64,000 nt of DNA, taken from Eledone cirrhosa (Eukaryota). Positions 52,723 through 64,000 of this stretch are shown here, in pieces. The position numbers and the translations under genes were made by a program. Under the pieces are notes generated by a model, which worked only from the letters and a program-made list of their open reading frames with translations, searched no databases and was not told the DNA's origin. Position 1 is the stretch's first letter. Every line of letters begins with the position of its first letter. The stretch lies in assembly GCA_964016885.1 (NCBI GenBank), contig OZ024761.1:11718001-11782000 (forward strand), given 5' to 3'.

Positions 52723-52877
52723 ATATAGAAATGGCTTCTACAAGACTAGAACTGTTTCAATCGAAGGAAATCATCAGTTTTAGTACTGTAGAAGCCATTT
52801 CTATATTAAATATTTATACTCTGCTATGTATTGAGTACCTTACTTACTGTGGTTACCCCCGATTGAACCCGGGATAC
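52723..52877 (-). mobile_element. Small hairpin element, family H1 (short-loop form)
   Basis: Reverse-complement copy; minus strand reads aaaaCTGATGAtttccttcgattGAAACagttctag. Confidence 0.6.
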
Positions 52878-52903
52878 ACACACACACACACATATATATA
52901 TAT

Positions 52904-52954
<51 letters not shown>

Positions 52955-53060
52955 ATTTCATTGATTCTATGTTAGTCTGTTTTGACTTATTGTTTGCTGT
53001 AAATATGCTGACTTTTGTCTTATTTTTATTTATTTTTGTCTCTATCTCCCCACCTGCTAG

Positions 53061-53093
53061 ATCCTGGTTGGGAAGATGCAGTTTGATCCTCAG
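53061..53093 (+). CDS. PHF21A: PHF21A-like coding exon 2, 33 nt (ILVGKMQFDPQ)
   Basis: Pyrimidine tract plus ctgctAG acceptor, donor CAG|GTAAAG, phase 0/0. Matches recalled human KLVAQMKQDPQ. Confidence 0.9.
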
Positions 53094-54373
53094 GTAAAGT
53101 TACCTACTTATTGTCTTGTTGTTATGAGGGGCTGGATGAAGCGAATGGCGATGTGGTTGTAGATGATGCATTATTAAACTGTGTGGTGTTGGTGTCGGTG
53201 AAGATAATGACGAGGTGCTTGTTAATATTGTTGGTGTGGTGGTAGTACCTGTGTACTATACACTGATGATGATGGGGCTTGGTAGCAGATGTGGTGGTAC
53301 TTGTGTAAACTGACGATGATGGGGCGTGGTGGTGGTACTTGTATATACTGATGGTGGTGATGATGATGGCGCTTGGTAGTAGCTGTGGTGGTGGTGGTAC
53401 CTGTGTGTTATGATATTGGTGGTGGTACTGTGACGATGATGATGATTGTGGTGGTGGTGGTGGTGGTGGGGTGTTATAGTAGCTATGTTTGTGGTATTGG
53501 TAATGTCGGTGTGGTGGCACCTGTGTACTGTGATGATAGTTGTGTGGTAGTACCTTCGTTCTGATGGGGCGTGGTGGTGGTGGTGGTGGTGGTGGTTCTG
53601 GTGTTTAGTAATAGTAATGTTGGTGGTAGTTGTAAATTATATATCGTTGGTGTATGGTGGTGGTGGAGATGGTGATAACGACGATGTGGTGTTGGTGTTG
53701 ATGTAGTGGTACCTGTGTCGTAATGATGATGATGATGGTGGTGGTGGTGGTGTTGTGGTATGTGTGTACTGTGATGATGATGGTGGTGGTGTTGTGGTAT
53801 GTGTGTATCGTGGTGATGATGATGATGATGATGTTACGTTTGAAAATTGGCTCGTGTGATAATAAAGATGTTTTTTGTTTTTTTTGTTTTTTTTTTACTA
53901 ATTGGTGCTACTGTCAAATTATTAATTTTATATTATCGATAGTGGTGGTGGCGGCGGCGGTTGTGGTCCTTGGCTAAACCCCTTGCTAGATATATGTATG
54001 TGTTAGTGAAGCTATGTTGAAAGTGGGTGAGAGAAAATTATCTGAAACCCTGTAGTTCAGTCCTGATGCTGGCATTGAAAGAGAAGGAAAGAGACAGAGA
54101 GAGTGAGATAGAGAGAGAGAGAATGCTTGTAAAATGGAAGCCAGCAACACCTCTACCATTGAAACTAAACGTGAGGTTTTATCGATTTTTGTTAACGAAA
54201 CTTTTAAGACAGCCATTATTTACTACCACAGTTACCACTATGACTACTACTACATCAACTACTACAAATACTGTTATTTGGCTAGTTCTAATGCCACCAC
54301 CATCACCACCATGGCTGTTGTTGTTGTTATTAGTAGTGGTTTTATTATTAGTACTACTAGTAATGAAATTATC

Positions 54374-54409
<36 letters not shown>

Positions 54410-54501
54410 GTGGAGTTGTGGTATGACGGACCTTTCCATATTATGAGTACTAATTAGTGGTAGCGGTAGTAGTGTTACTACTATTACGACTTGTATATAT
54501 G

Positions 54502-54540
<39 letters not shown>

Positions 54541-54899
54541 ATAATGAAAGGGGGGATCTTTTTTTAAATTAACGTCATACCCCCTCCGCCCCCTATCGTG
54601 TGTGTATATAGGTGTATAATGTGTAGTACTTATGTGGTAATAATGTTGTGTGAAAGAGAGAGAGAAATAAAGGAGTTTGTTTTGTCTGAGGTAGTGAAGA
54701 GGAGGAGGGTGGGGTGAGGTCGATAAATTATTAAAGAACTCGGTAAAGATAGCTGGAGAGCTGTTTGAAATATGGAGTCATACATACATATACATACACA
54801 CACACATATATATATATGTGTGTGTGTGTACATAAGCCTCCTTGCTTTCGTCGAAAAAACCAAAAACAACCCAAATTTCCTCTCAGCCCTAATTAAATA

Positions 54900-55035
54900 G
54901 TAATGGTTTCTGATTTCGACACAAGGCCAACAGTTTTAAAGGGAGGGGAAAGTCGATTAAATCAACTCCAGTGCTTTACTCTTACTTTATTTTACTAACA
55001 GCCCCCCTAAGAAGGATGAAAAAAGGCAAAGTTGA
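54900..55035 (-). mobile_element. SINE S1, partial
   Basis: acacaaggccaac...aagtcgattaaatc...ggatgaa..aggcaaagtt. Confidence 0.55.
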
Positions 55036-55475
55036 TAATGATAATAAAAGTATTCTTTTGTCCACTTGATGATGTGTCGAATTGTTTTGGGAAATTTCGT
55101 CTTGTGATTTTAGTGTCCGTATATATATATATATATATATGAGAGAGATATTTATTTAATTATGTCTCATATAAAATAATACAACCAGCTATCCACGAAA
55201 TACTAATTAGTTAGCACCCCAAACACTAAATTGGGGAAATACTTAGATATATCCTAATGTTTGTTGAGTGAGATGGAGTTGGTCGGAGTATCGCTTAAGG
55301 CCTTCTCTGTTAATGTATTATATATATATATATGTGTGTGTATATATGTATGTGTGTGTCTGTTTGTTTGTCACGGTTGGAGTGATTATGTAGATAAATA
55401 CTTTGTTTGTTTCGGGCCGAAGGATTTCTATTCTTGCTGAGCTTGAAAAGTCGTCTTTTCTCTTGTGTTTTTCAG

Positions 55476-55541
55476 AATCCCAGCTACAAGAAACAACTGC
55501 ACGATCTCCAGATAGAGATCACATCGCTGGATGACAGGCAG
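55476..55541 (+). CDS. PHF21A: PHF21A-like coding exon 3, 66 nt (NPSYKKQLHDLQIEITSLDDRQ)
   Basis: Acceptor tcttttctcttgtgtttttcAG, donor CAG|GTAAGT, phase 0/0. Matches recalled human [22 protein letters not shown]. Confidence 0.92.
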
Positions 55542-55808
55542 GTAAGTTAGAATTTAGACTGACGGCCACCATTCCATGTTTTTACACTAACCGACCACCC
55601 ACCCACCTACCTACCTACCTACCTACCCACCCCCTTTTCCACCTTTCTTCCTCATCTCCACCCACACACATACATATACATACATATACATACACATACA
55701 TATACATACATACACATACATACACACATATTTTCACTCTCCATCTTCCCACCCTCTCCCTAACAATCGCGAATTCTTCAACTCTTCTCTAGCTCTTTTA
55801 CAACCCGA

Positions 55809-55855
<47 letters not shown>

Positions 55856-55931
55856 GTTGTGGAGAAAGTAAATATATAGCTAAAGTAACGCATTTCTTTC
55901 TCTGTCACTCTCCGGTGTATATATACATATA

Positions 55932-55998
<67 letters not shown>

Positions 55999-56054
55999 TA
56001 ACGTTTGTTTTGTATCTGTAGTGACTAAATATACCAGTAAATACTTTGTGTATG

Positions 56055-56087
<33 letters not shown>

Positions 56088-56258
56088 ATTCAACAAACGA
56101 TCTATTTGTTCATACTTACACTGCTAGTATGATGCACGGGAGAGAGAGAGAGAGGGGGAGGGGTTAGAAAAGGCATGAGTGTCTCTATCTCACTAAAGTA
56201 GAAAGTATTTTATGCTTAGTTCTGAAACAAGAAGTGTGTATGTCTGCATGTGTTCGGC

Positions 56259-56289
<31 letters not shown>

Positions 56290-56442
56290 ATTACACACAC
56301 ACACACATAGATACATGTGTGTGTGTGTATATATATACACACATAATTACACACACACACACACAGATACATGTGTGTCTATATATATATATATATATAC
56401 ACACACATAATTACACATACACATACACATACACACACACAT

Positions 56443-56498
<56 letters not shown>

Positions 56499-57019
56499 GT
56501 ATTTAACAAAGTCGAGGTAGTTAGTTAAAATGCAGTAATAAGGAAGAGGGCGGTGGTGGCGGCGTCGATGACAGCGGTTTGGGTGGTAGCGGCGGCTGGG
56601 CCTGGCGTTAAAAGTGAAAGTCACAAAACAGTTAGTCTAGTTTTGATTGAAGCACTTCATTCTGACCTACCTATAGATAAATGGTTTTGTTCATGTGTTA
56701 TTGATTTTTTTCCCCCCTACTTCTTCATCTTCTTCATTACTGAAGAACTTTGCCTTTTTCCGATATGTTTAGAGTCTCTCTCGCTATATATTCCGTGTGT
56801 GTGTGTATATATATATATAATATATATATATATATAATGGTTTCAAAATGCACATATGTATATTAGGGAAGATACTCTCTGTTGTTGCTCAGAGTTTCGC
56901 AATAATATAGAATATTCTGATAAATGAATATAAGAATTCTACTTTGGTAGAGGGTACTTTGTCTTCGTTTTCACAATCCTGAAAGTACACACACATGTAT
57001 CTATGTGTGTGTGTGTGTA

Positions 57020-57064
<45 letters not shown>

Positions 57065-57579
57065 TGTATCTCTGTGTGTATGTGTGTATGTAATTATGTG
57101 TATATATATATATATAGACACACATGTATCTGTGTGTGTGTAATTATGTGTGTGTATATATATATATATATACACACACACACATGTATCTATGTGTGTG
57201 TGTATATATGTGTATGTGTGTGTGTAATTATATGTGTATATATATATATAAACACACACACATGTGTTGTATAGCTGACAGGCTGCCTATCTGCTTGCAA
57301 CAATTCTCGTTTTTTTTCCCTCATCCTTCTTCCTTCACTTACCTCGTTCCTGCTCAAAAAAAAAAAAAAATCCCTCCAATTCAATCAGAAACATTTTTTC
57401 AGACATCTACCCCCACCTCTGCATTCATGCATACACACATATACACATACTTCGTCGCCCCCACCTATGCATACATACACACATACTTCGTCGCCATTCA
57501 ACAAACATTGCCACTCGACCACCTGGTCAGTGTTTTGTTTTCTAATGTCTCCCTGATCTGGCTATAGACTGCTGTTTAA

Positions 57580-57625
<46 letters not shown>

Positions 57626-58262
57626 TATATGTGTGTGTGTGTGGCCGTTTGTGCCCCATTTTTTTTAGCATAGGTATACCTTGTCTCTGCTTGTCATAAT
57701 AGGCAGCGGAAAATGTTGGTGCCATGAAGGGCATCTGGTTGTAAAGCATTGTCACAAAACCAACAGGGTAAAGTGGATGTAAATATGTATGTAAGCTTCT
57801 TGCTTACATACGTCCAGAGGCGTATGTAGGGGATGGCAAGCATGGCATGTGCCACGGGCCCCACTTGGACTAGGAGCATGTTCTAATAAAGTCAAATATG
57901 CCTCGTGGGAGAGTGAAAAAAGAAACTCCTTCAGATGTATGATCTGTGTCTGTCATGGGTGAGAACGCTATGGTGGCTGGATCATTAAACCATTTATATA
58001 AATTATTAGGCCTCCATAGGTAAACATACATTGCTGGGCAGGGGAGCAATTTCACTGCTGGCCATAGAAGTTATTTTCCTTAGTTATGGTTCTGCATACA
58101 TCCCTGTATTCTATTGTAGCACCAGCAATAGGGAGGTTGTCATGTCTTTGAATAGTCTTTCCTTCCTGGTCCTACTTTTGGCAGGTTTTTCTATGACTGA
58201 ATACATTTTCTATCACCAAGCACTTTACAGAGTGTACTGGGTGCATTTATCATCTAGGTATA

Positions 58263-58460
58263 TATCATCATCATCATTTTACATCTGCTTGCAAGGGTGG
58301 GATGGGTCCTCTTCAGCACAGCATCTCCCCATTTGTCACAGTCCTTTGTCATCTCCTCTGTGAGCTTCAGCAATCTGAGGTCAGCTCTCACCACCTGCAT
58401 CCATGTTTTCCATGGTCTTCCTCTACTGTGTCTTTCTTCCACTGGGATTACTTGGCACTT
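58263..58460 (-). mobile_element. RTE-like LINE 3' fragment
   Basis: RGRPWKTWMQVVRADLRLLKLTEEMTKD..W followed by (GAT)n. Confidence 0.7.
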
Positions 58461-59089
58461 ATAAATACATAGTGTGTGTGTGTGTTTACATGTCTATGTA
58501 AAAGCACATGCAGACCTGTCAACTCTCCCTGTCCGACGGGGAGATCACCCACCCACTTTGGGGATTGCAAGCAGACTAATGGAGAAGGATGACTTTATAT
58601 ATAGCAGATGCAGCTGATAGCTTCTATTACCTAGTTGACCTAATCAGCAACGAGGAAAGCTGGGTGCTTTAAAAACACAGTAACAAGAATAAGAACAAGA
58701 ACTGGATGGAAAACTTTCAGGGAACTGTTACCTTTGACAACCAAAGGATTCTTTCTCTCAGTGAAAAATAAGTTGTATGATGTATGCTTGGGGGGCATAA
58801 TGCAATGTTGCATTTAGTGTTGATAAACAATAAAGACAGAACATATACTATGAGGCGGTGGATGTTGTTTGCGAGAGAAGACCACTGATGATGTGTATAG
58901 ATGACGATAGTTGAGTGAAGGAATAACAGGAGTTTTAAGTAGAGAGAAGCCACAAAAGAGGAAGGCCGAGGTAGACATAAGCAGAAGTGGTGAAAGCTGT
59001 CATATGGACACAAATGGCAAGACATCGTTTCAGGCTTGACCAACCCATGGAATGGCAAACATAAAAATAATGATTGATATATGTATTTA

Positions 59090-59830
59090 TGCAATAGTCC
59101 ACTGGGGTGATGAAAAGATAGGGAGCACGCCAGCCAGTATCTCAAAGAACTCCGTCATCCTGCCAGGTGTAATGACTTGGGCTCTGGTGTTAGTGTAGAG
59201 CAGTGATATCAAGTCCACTATCTTCTTGGGGATTCCATAAGCCTGTAAGATCTTCATCAGGCAATCTCGGTCCACAGAATCAAAGGCCTTCCTAAAGTCA
59301 ATGAAAACCATGACAGCAGGAAGGCTCTTTGTTCTATCTTCTAAAATCCTCCTCAGCACCAGGATGTGACTGGTGGTTGATCTTCACTCTCTGAAAACAT
59401 TCTGGTTATTCCTGAACTTCTCCCTGGGATCTTGTTGATGATCGTCCAGCTCTTGCTACACTTACACCTGTCAACACCTCCTCTCTGACCCCAGTGTAAA
59501 CAGTACAGAGTTCTTCCTCCATATTCTTCTTCCTGTACTCCGTAGGATCAGCATGGAATTGGTTCTTGGCAGTTCTCAGGTGTTCTCTGGCTGCACACAC
59601 TTTTGGGTCTGCAGAGCTGTCATCCTTCTTTTTCCTCTCTCTCCTCAGTACCAGGGCCTCACTTGCTTCTGCCACTGCAGTGGTAAAGTACCGGTACCTC
59701 CTTGTCACACTCTCCTCAGCCCCCCCCCCCCCTCCATCTCTCTCTCTCTCTCTCTTCTGACTCTCCACATAAAGCACTGAACCTGTACCTCTCTTGTAGC
59801 TTATCTTCCTTGAAAGCTCCCCAATCATAG
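59090..59830 (-). pseudogene. Degenerate RTE-type LINE reverse transcriptase fragment
   Basis: LRRILE..VMVFIDFRKAFDSVDRDCLMKILQAYGIPKKIVDLISLLY..F.I..GV is a non-LTR RT segment; frameshifted and deleted. Confidence 0.85.
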
Positions 59831-60310
59831 ATAGCTCTCTGGAGCTGAGCCTTCCACTTTCTTAAACTCACCTGGACCTCACTCATAACAAGCCAGTGGT
59901 CACTGCCCAGTGTACTGAAATAATTGTATGGTTTTTATCATGGTTGAAGGGCCCTATCAACCCTTAGGTTGGCATGGTGTCTACAGCTGGATGACCTCTC
60001 TATTACCTTACAGAGGGTACTGGATACATTTTATCACGATACCAGCACCAGAAAGGTTGTAATGTGTATTTTAGAGATGATACTTTGATCCTGTTGAACA
60101 ACCTCTCTATTGCTGTTGACATGATAAAATATATTCTGTCTTTGTTAGAAGGGTATCCAGTGTGAATTTTTGTTTTTAACTTAGTCACCCCCAATCAAGG
60201 AAATAAAGCCACTAAAATGCCAGGGGTCACTGAGAAGAGAAAGGACCACACAGAGAGAGAAGAGAGGACAGTTGATGTTGCTTTTGTGTGTGTGTGTATA
60301 TATATTATTT

Positions 60311-61016
60311 CATCATCATCATCATCATCACTGTCTTAACATCAATTTTTCCATGCTAGCATGGGTTAGACGAGTTATCCTGTTGTGAGCAATGCTAGGT
60401 CAGGTGACCATGTCATGCTCATACAGAACTGGTTTTGGCTTGATTTCTACAGCTTTTGCCAAACACGACCACTTTACAGAGTGGACTGGGTGCTTTTACC
60501 AAACACGACCGCGATACAGAGTGGACTGAGTTTTGGGTGCTTTTTGCCGTGACACCTACACGACCACTCTATAGTGTGGACTGGGTGCTTTTTGTTGTGT
60601 CACCTACACGACCACTCTATAGTGTGGACTGGGTGCTTTTTGTTGTGTCACCTACACGACCACTCTATAGTGTGGACTGGGTGCTTTTTGTTGTGTCACC
60701 TACACGACCACTCTATAGTGTGGACTGGGTGCTTTTTGTTGTGTCACCTACACGACCACTCTATAGTGTGGACTGGGTGCTTTTTGTTGTGTCACCTACA
60801 CGACCACTCTATAGTGTGGACTGGGTGCTTTTTGTTGTGTCACCTACACGACCACTCTATAGTGTGGACTGGGTGCTTTTTGTTGTGTCACCTACACGAC
60901 CACTCTATAGTGTGGACTGGGTGCTTTTTGTTGTGTCACCTACACGACCACTCTACAGTGTGGACTGGGTGCTTTTTGTTGTGTCACCTACACGACCACC
61001 TTACAGTGTGGACTGG
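60311..61016 (-). mobile_element. SINE S2-related 3' part with an internal 48-bp tandem array
   Basis: Colinear with 5131-5380; about 10 copies of tttttgttgtgtcacctacacgaccactctatagtgtggactgggtgc. Confidence 0.75.
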
Positions 61017-61374
61017 CGGCATCACTGGATGTATGTATGGGAGTGGGTGGGGTGGTGCATATCTTCAGCCTGTGCCCGTGGGAGTTTGGGTCTTCTGTAT
61101 TACTCAGCCCAAGCAAAACATTAAAGCCACTAAAATACAAGGGTTTACCGAGAAGGGACAAGACAAGAGAGAGCATAATTCAAGAAGGGATAAGATGATG
61201 ATTAATGTTACTTTTGAATTTTTGCAAATTCTAGAAGAGGAGAGGAAGAAAGTTCCACAGGTGAAATATGTGAGGGAAGAAGCTGTCACATGAAAACCAA
61301 GACAGCCTGATTAGCGGAGAATTGTAATTGTGTGTGCAGGGCTGACATCTTTCATAATAGTGGTGGGTTGGCCA

Positions 61375-62140
61375 GATGGCAACACCTGTTTTATGTGTTA
61401 GTACCTCTCCACCATCATCAGATGTTCCCAGCTTTTTATATGTTAGTATTGCACCACTGTCATCACTTATCCAGGTGAGAACACCTGTTTATATATGTTA
61501 GTACCTCACCACTGTCATCACTTATCCAGGTGAGAACACCTGTTTATAAGTGTTACCTCACAGCTGTCATCACTTATCCAGGTGAGAACACCTGTTTATA
61601 TATGTTAGTACCTCACCACTGTCATCACTTATCCAGGTGAGAACACCTGTTTATAAGTGTTACCTCACAGCTGTCATCACTTATCCAGGTGAGAACACCT
61701 GTTTATATATGTTAGTACCTCACCACTGTCATCACTTATCCAGGTGAGAACACCTGTTTATAAGTGTTACCTCACAGCTGTCATCACTTATCCAGGTGAG
61801 AACACCTGTTTATATATGTTAGTACCTCACCACTGTCATCACTTATCCAGGTGAGAACACCTGTTTATAAGTGTTACCTCACAGCTGTCATCACTTATCC
61901 AGGTGAGAACACCTGTTTATATATGTTAGTACCTCACCACTGTCATCACTTATCCAGGTGAGAACACCTGTTTATAAGTGTTAGTATCGCACCACCATCA
62001 TCAGTTGGCCAGGTGAGAACACCTGTTTATATGTGTTAGTACCTCACAGCCGTTATCACTTATCCAGGTGAGAACACCTGTTTGTAAGTGTTAGTACCTC
62101 ACAACTGTCATCACTTATCCAGGTGAGAACACCTGTTATT
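61375..62140. repeat. Minisatellite of alternating 55/52-bp units with a CAGGTG-agaa-CACCTG palindrome
   Basis: ccagg at 61471, 61526, 61578, 61633, 61685 and onward; about 13 units. Confidence 0.92.
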
Positions 62141-62514
62141 ACTTCTCCATTGTCATCAAACAATTGCACCAATTATCTTCCTTTCTGGTGCAGAAACAAC
62201 CAGAAAACCCTCCTCTCCTCTCTCTGGTTAAAAAAATGAAATGAAATGTACAGCTTACACTGATATAGGCATAGCTGACCCCTACAAGGTTGTATCTCAT
62301 AGGTTTCTTGGTTGTTTTAATGATAGGGACCCAAGTCCTATCATACTGTTGTTACAGCTCATACCTTTGTAGGTTTAGCTGACTTCCTACAAGGTTGTAT
62401 CTCATACGAGGTTTCTTGGTTGTTTTAATGTTAAGGACCCAAATTCTATCATGTTGTTACAGCTCACACCTATGTAGGCATAGCTGACTTCATACAAGGT
62501 TTCTTGGTTGTTAT

Positions 62515-62632
62515 GAAAAGCAATGTGAAATGAAGTGTCTTGCAGAGAAAACAATGCACTGCCCGATCCAACAGTCAAACCCAGGATTTTATGATTGTGA
62601 GTCCAATGCTCTAACTATTAGGCCACATACCT
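62515..62632 (-). mobile_element. SINE S2-like head, degenerate
   Basis: caatgtgaaatgaagtgtcttgc...aatgctctaactattaggccac. Confidence 0.55.
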
Positions 62633-63532
62633 TCACCTCTCTGTGGCTGTTGGCATGATGACAGATGGTTTTAAATGGATTGCAGGGAAAGTGGATGGAA
62701 CTTGTAGAGGTAGGAGATATAGGACACAGGGGTAGAGATTTCTCTGGATACAGAGGTGATAAAAAAGGGCCGTGGTAATTGGAAAGGTTGTCCTAGAGAA
62801 AACAAGCCCATCCAAGTAATTATGGTGAAACGAACATTAAAATAGTGATGGTGTTTGAAGCTGGGTAGTGTGTTATATATGTAAATAAGACAGTTATTGC
62901 TCCAATCAGTCCACAAACACCCTAAACCGAGCACCAACCTGTACTCATGACTCCTGCCAAACCAAACTGAACTCACCCTCCAAATTTGACAAATCAAACA
63001 CTGACCACCCATCTTCCCAAACGTGGCATATGTAACCAGACTACAATAGCCACCTAATGGAGGAAGACAGATATCAAGTTGCAGCTAGTTCAACTACTGT
63101 CCTGTTATAATGGCGTGACACACCTGTTTAGTATATCTGTATGAAATGAAGGTAACACCCAAGGTATTCACCAGGCGTAATTCTGAACTACCAACAAGAG
63201 ACTACAAGACTCCATACATAGTCTACCTGACAGTTCACTTCAGTTCTTATTTATAGGCTTTTTGCCTAGTCCACTTTTAGCTACGCGAGGGGTGTTCAGG
63301 GGTTTTTTTTTCCCCACAACATGCCCGATACCTCTTTGATAGCCTCTCATCCCTCTATCATCTTTTTATCACCATGTCTCTACTATTCATTGTACCATTC
63401 TACTCATGTAACTTGGGGTGACAGTGGTTATGTTTGACCCTCTGCCCTGTTTATTGTACAATGCTGCCCCCTTGTACCATGGATATCCTGCAACCTGTCT
63501 GCATTCAGTAACCCACAGCTCCCTAACACTCT

Positions 63533-64000
63533 ACATCTCTCTCTTACCAGCTGCCATTCCCCCTACCTCAGGCCACATGTTGACATCTCTCTCTCACCAG
63601 CTGCCATTCCCCCTACCTCAGGCCACATGTTGACATCTCTCTCACCAGCTGCCATTCCCCCTACCTCAGGCCACATGTTGACATCTCTCTCTCACCAGCT
63701 GCCATTCCCCCTACCTCAGGCCACATGTTGACATCTCTCTCTCACCAGCTGCCATTCCCCCTACCTCAGGCCACATGTTGACATCTCTCTCTCACCAGCT
63801 GCCATTCCCTCTACCTCAGGCCACATGTTGACATCTCTCTCTCACCAGCTGCCATTCCCCCTACCTCAGGCCACATGTTGACATCTCTCTCTCACCAGCT
63901 GCCATTCCCCCTACCCCAGGCCACATGTCGACATCTCTCTCTCACCAGCTGCCATTCCCCCTACCTCAGGCCACATGTTGACATCTCTCTCTCACCAGCT
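63533..64000. repeat. 50-bp minisatellite running off the window end
   Basis: acatctctctctcaccagctgccattccccctacctcaggccacatgttg x9 or more. Confidence 0.92.

Noticed and set aside
60456-61293. 222 and 239-aa repeat ORFs
   Set aside because: Translation of the 48-bp SINE-derived array.
55542-64000. PHF21A coding exon 4 (expected K..VEQLR-like)
   Set aside because: No matching acceptor-flanked sequence found by eye; probably beyond the window.

Overview
AT-rich, microsatellite-dense animal genomic DNA. The SINE, MITE and LINE content resembles a coleoid cephalopod (octopus-like); this is my inference. Nearly all ORFs in the supplied track are repeat artefacts. The best-supported gene is absent from the track: three short phase-0 exons on + (48124-48186, 53061-53093, 55476-55541) splice to MAKEDLDKIQAELKAAIQNHQ-ILVGKMQFDPQ-NPSYKKQLHDLQIEITSLDDRQ, the N-terminal coiled coil of PHF21A/BHC80. 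I found no further exon, so the gene probably continues past the window. A less certain, divergent minus-strand transcript (exon candidates near 28.6, 16.4, 13.9 and 9.9 kb) could encode an unrecognised 61-aa peptide ending in a PDZ-type -STAV. Other content: tRNA-derived SINEs, piggyBac-like and Tc1/mariner MITEs, RTE and CR1 LINE fragments, many minisatellites (several grown inside mobile elements), a minimal Penelope-type hammerhead motif, small hairpin elements in (TA)n sharing TACTCAATAC, and an intronic array of paired E-boxes overlapping splice donors. No CRISPR, rRNA or intact tRNA genes were found. All calls are by eye and need alignment or RNA-seq confirmation.
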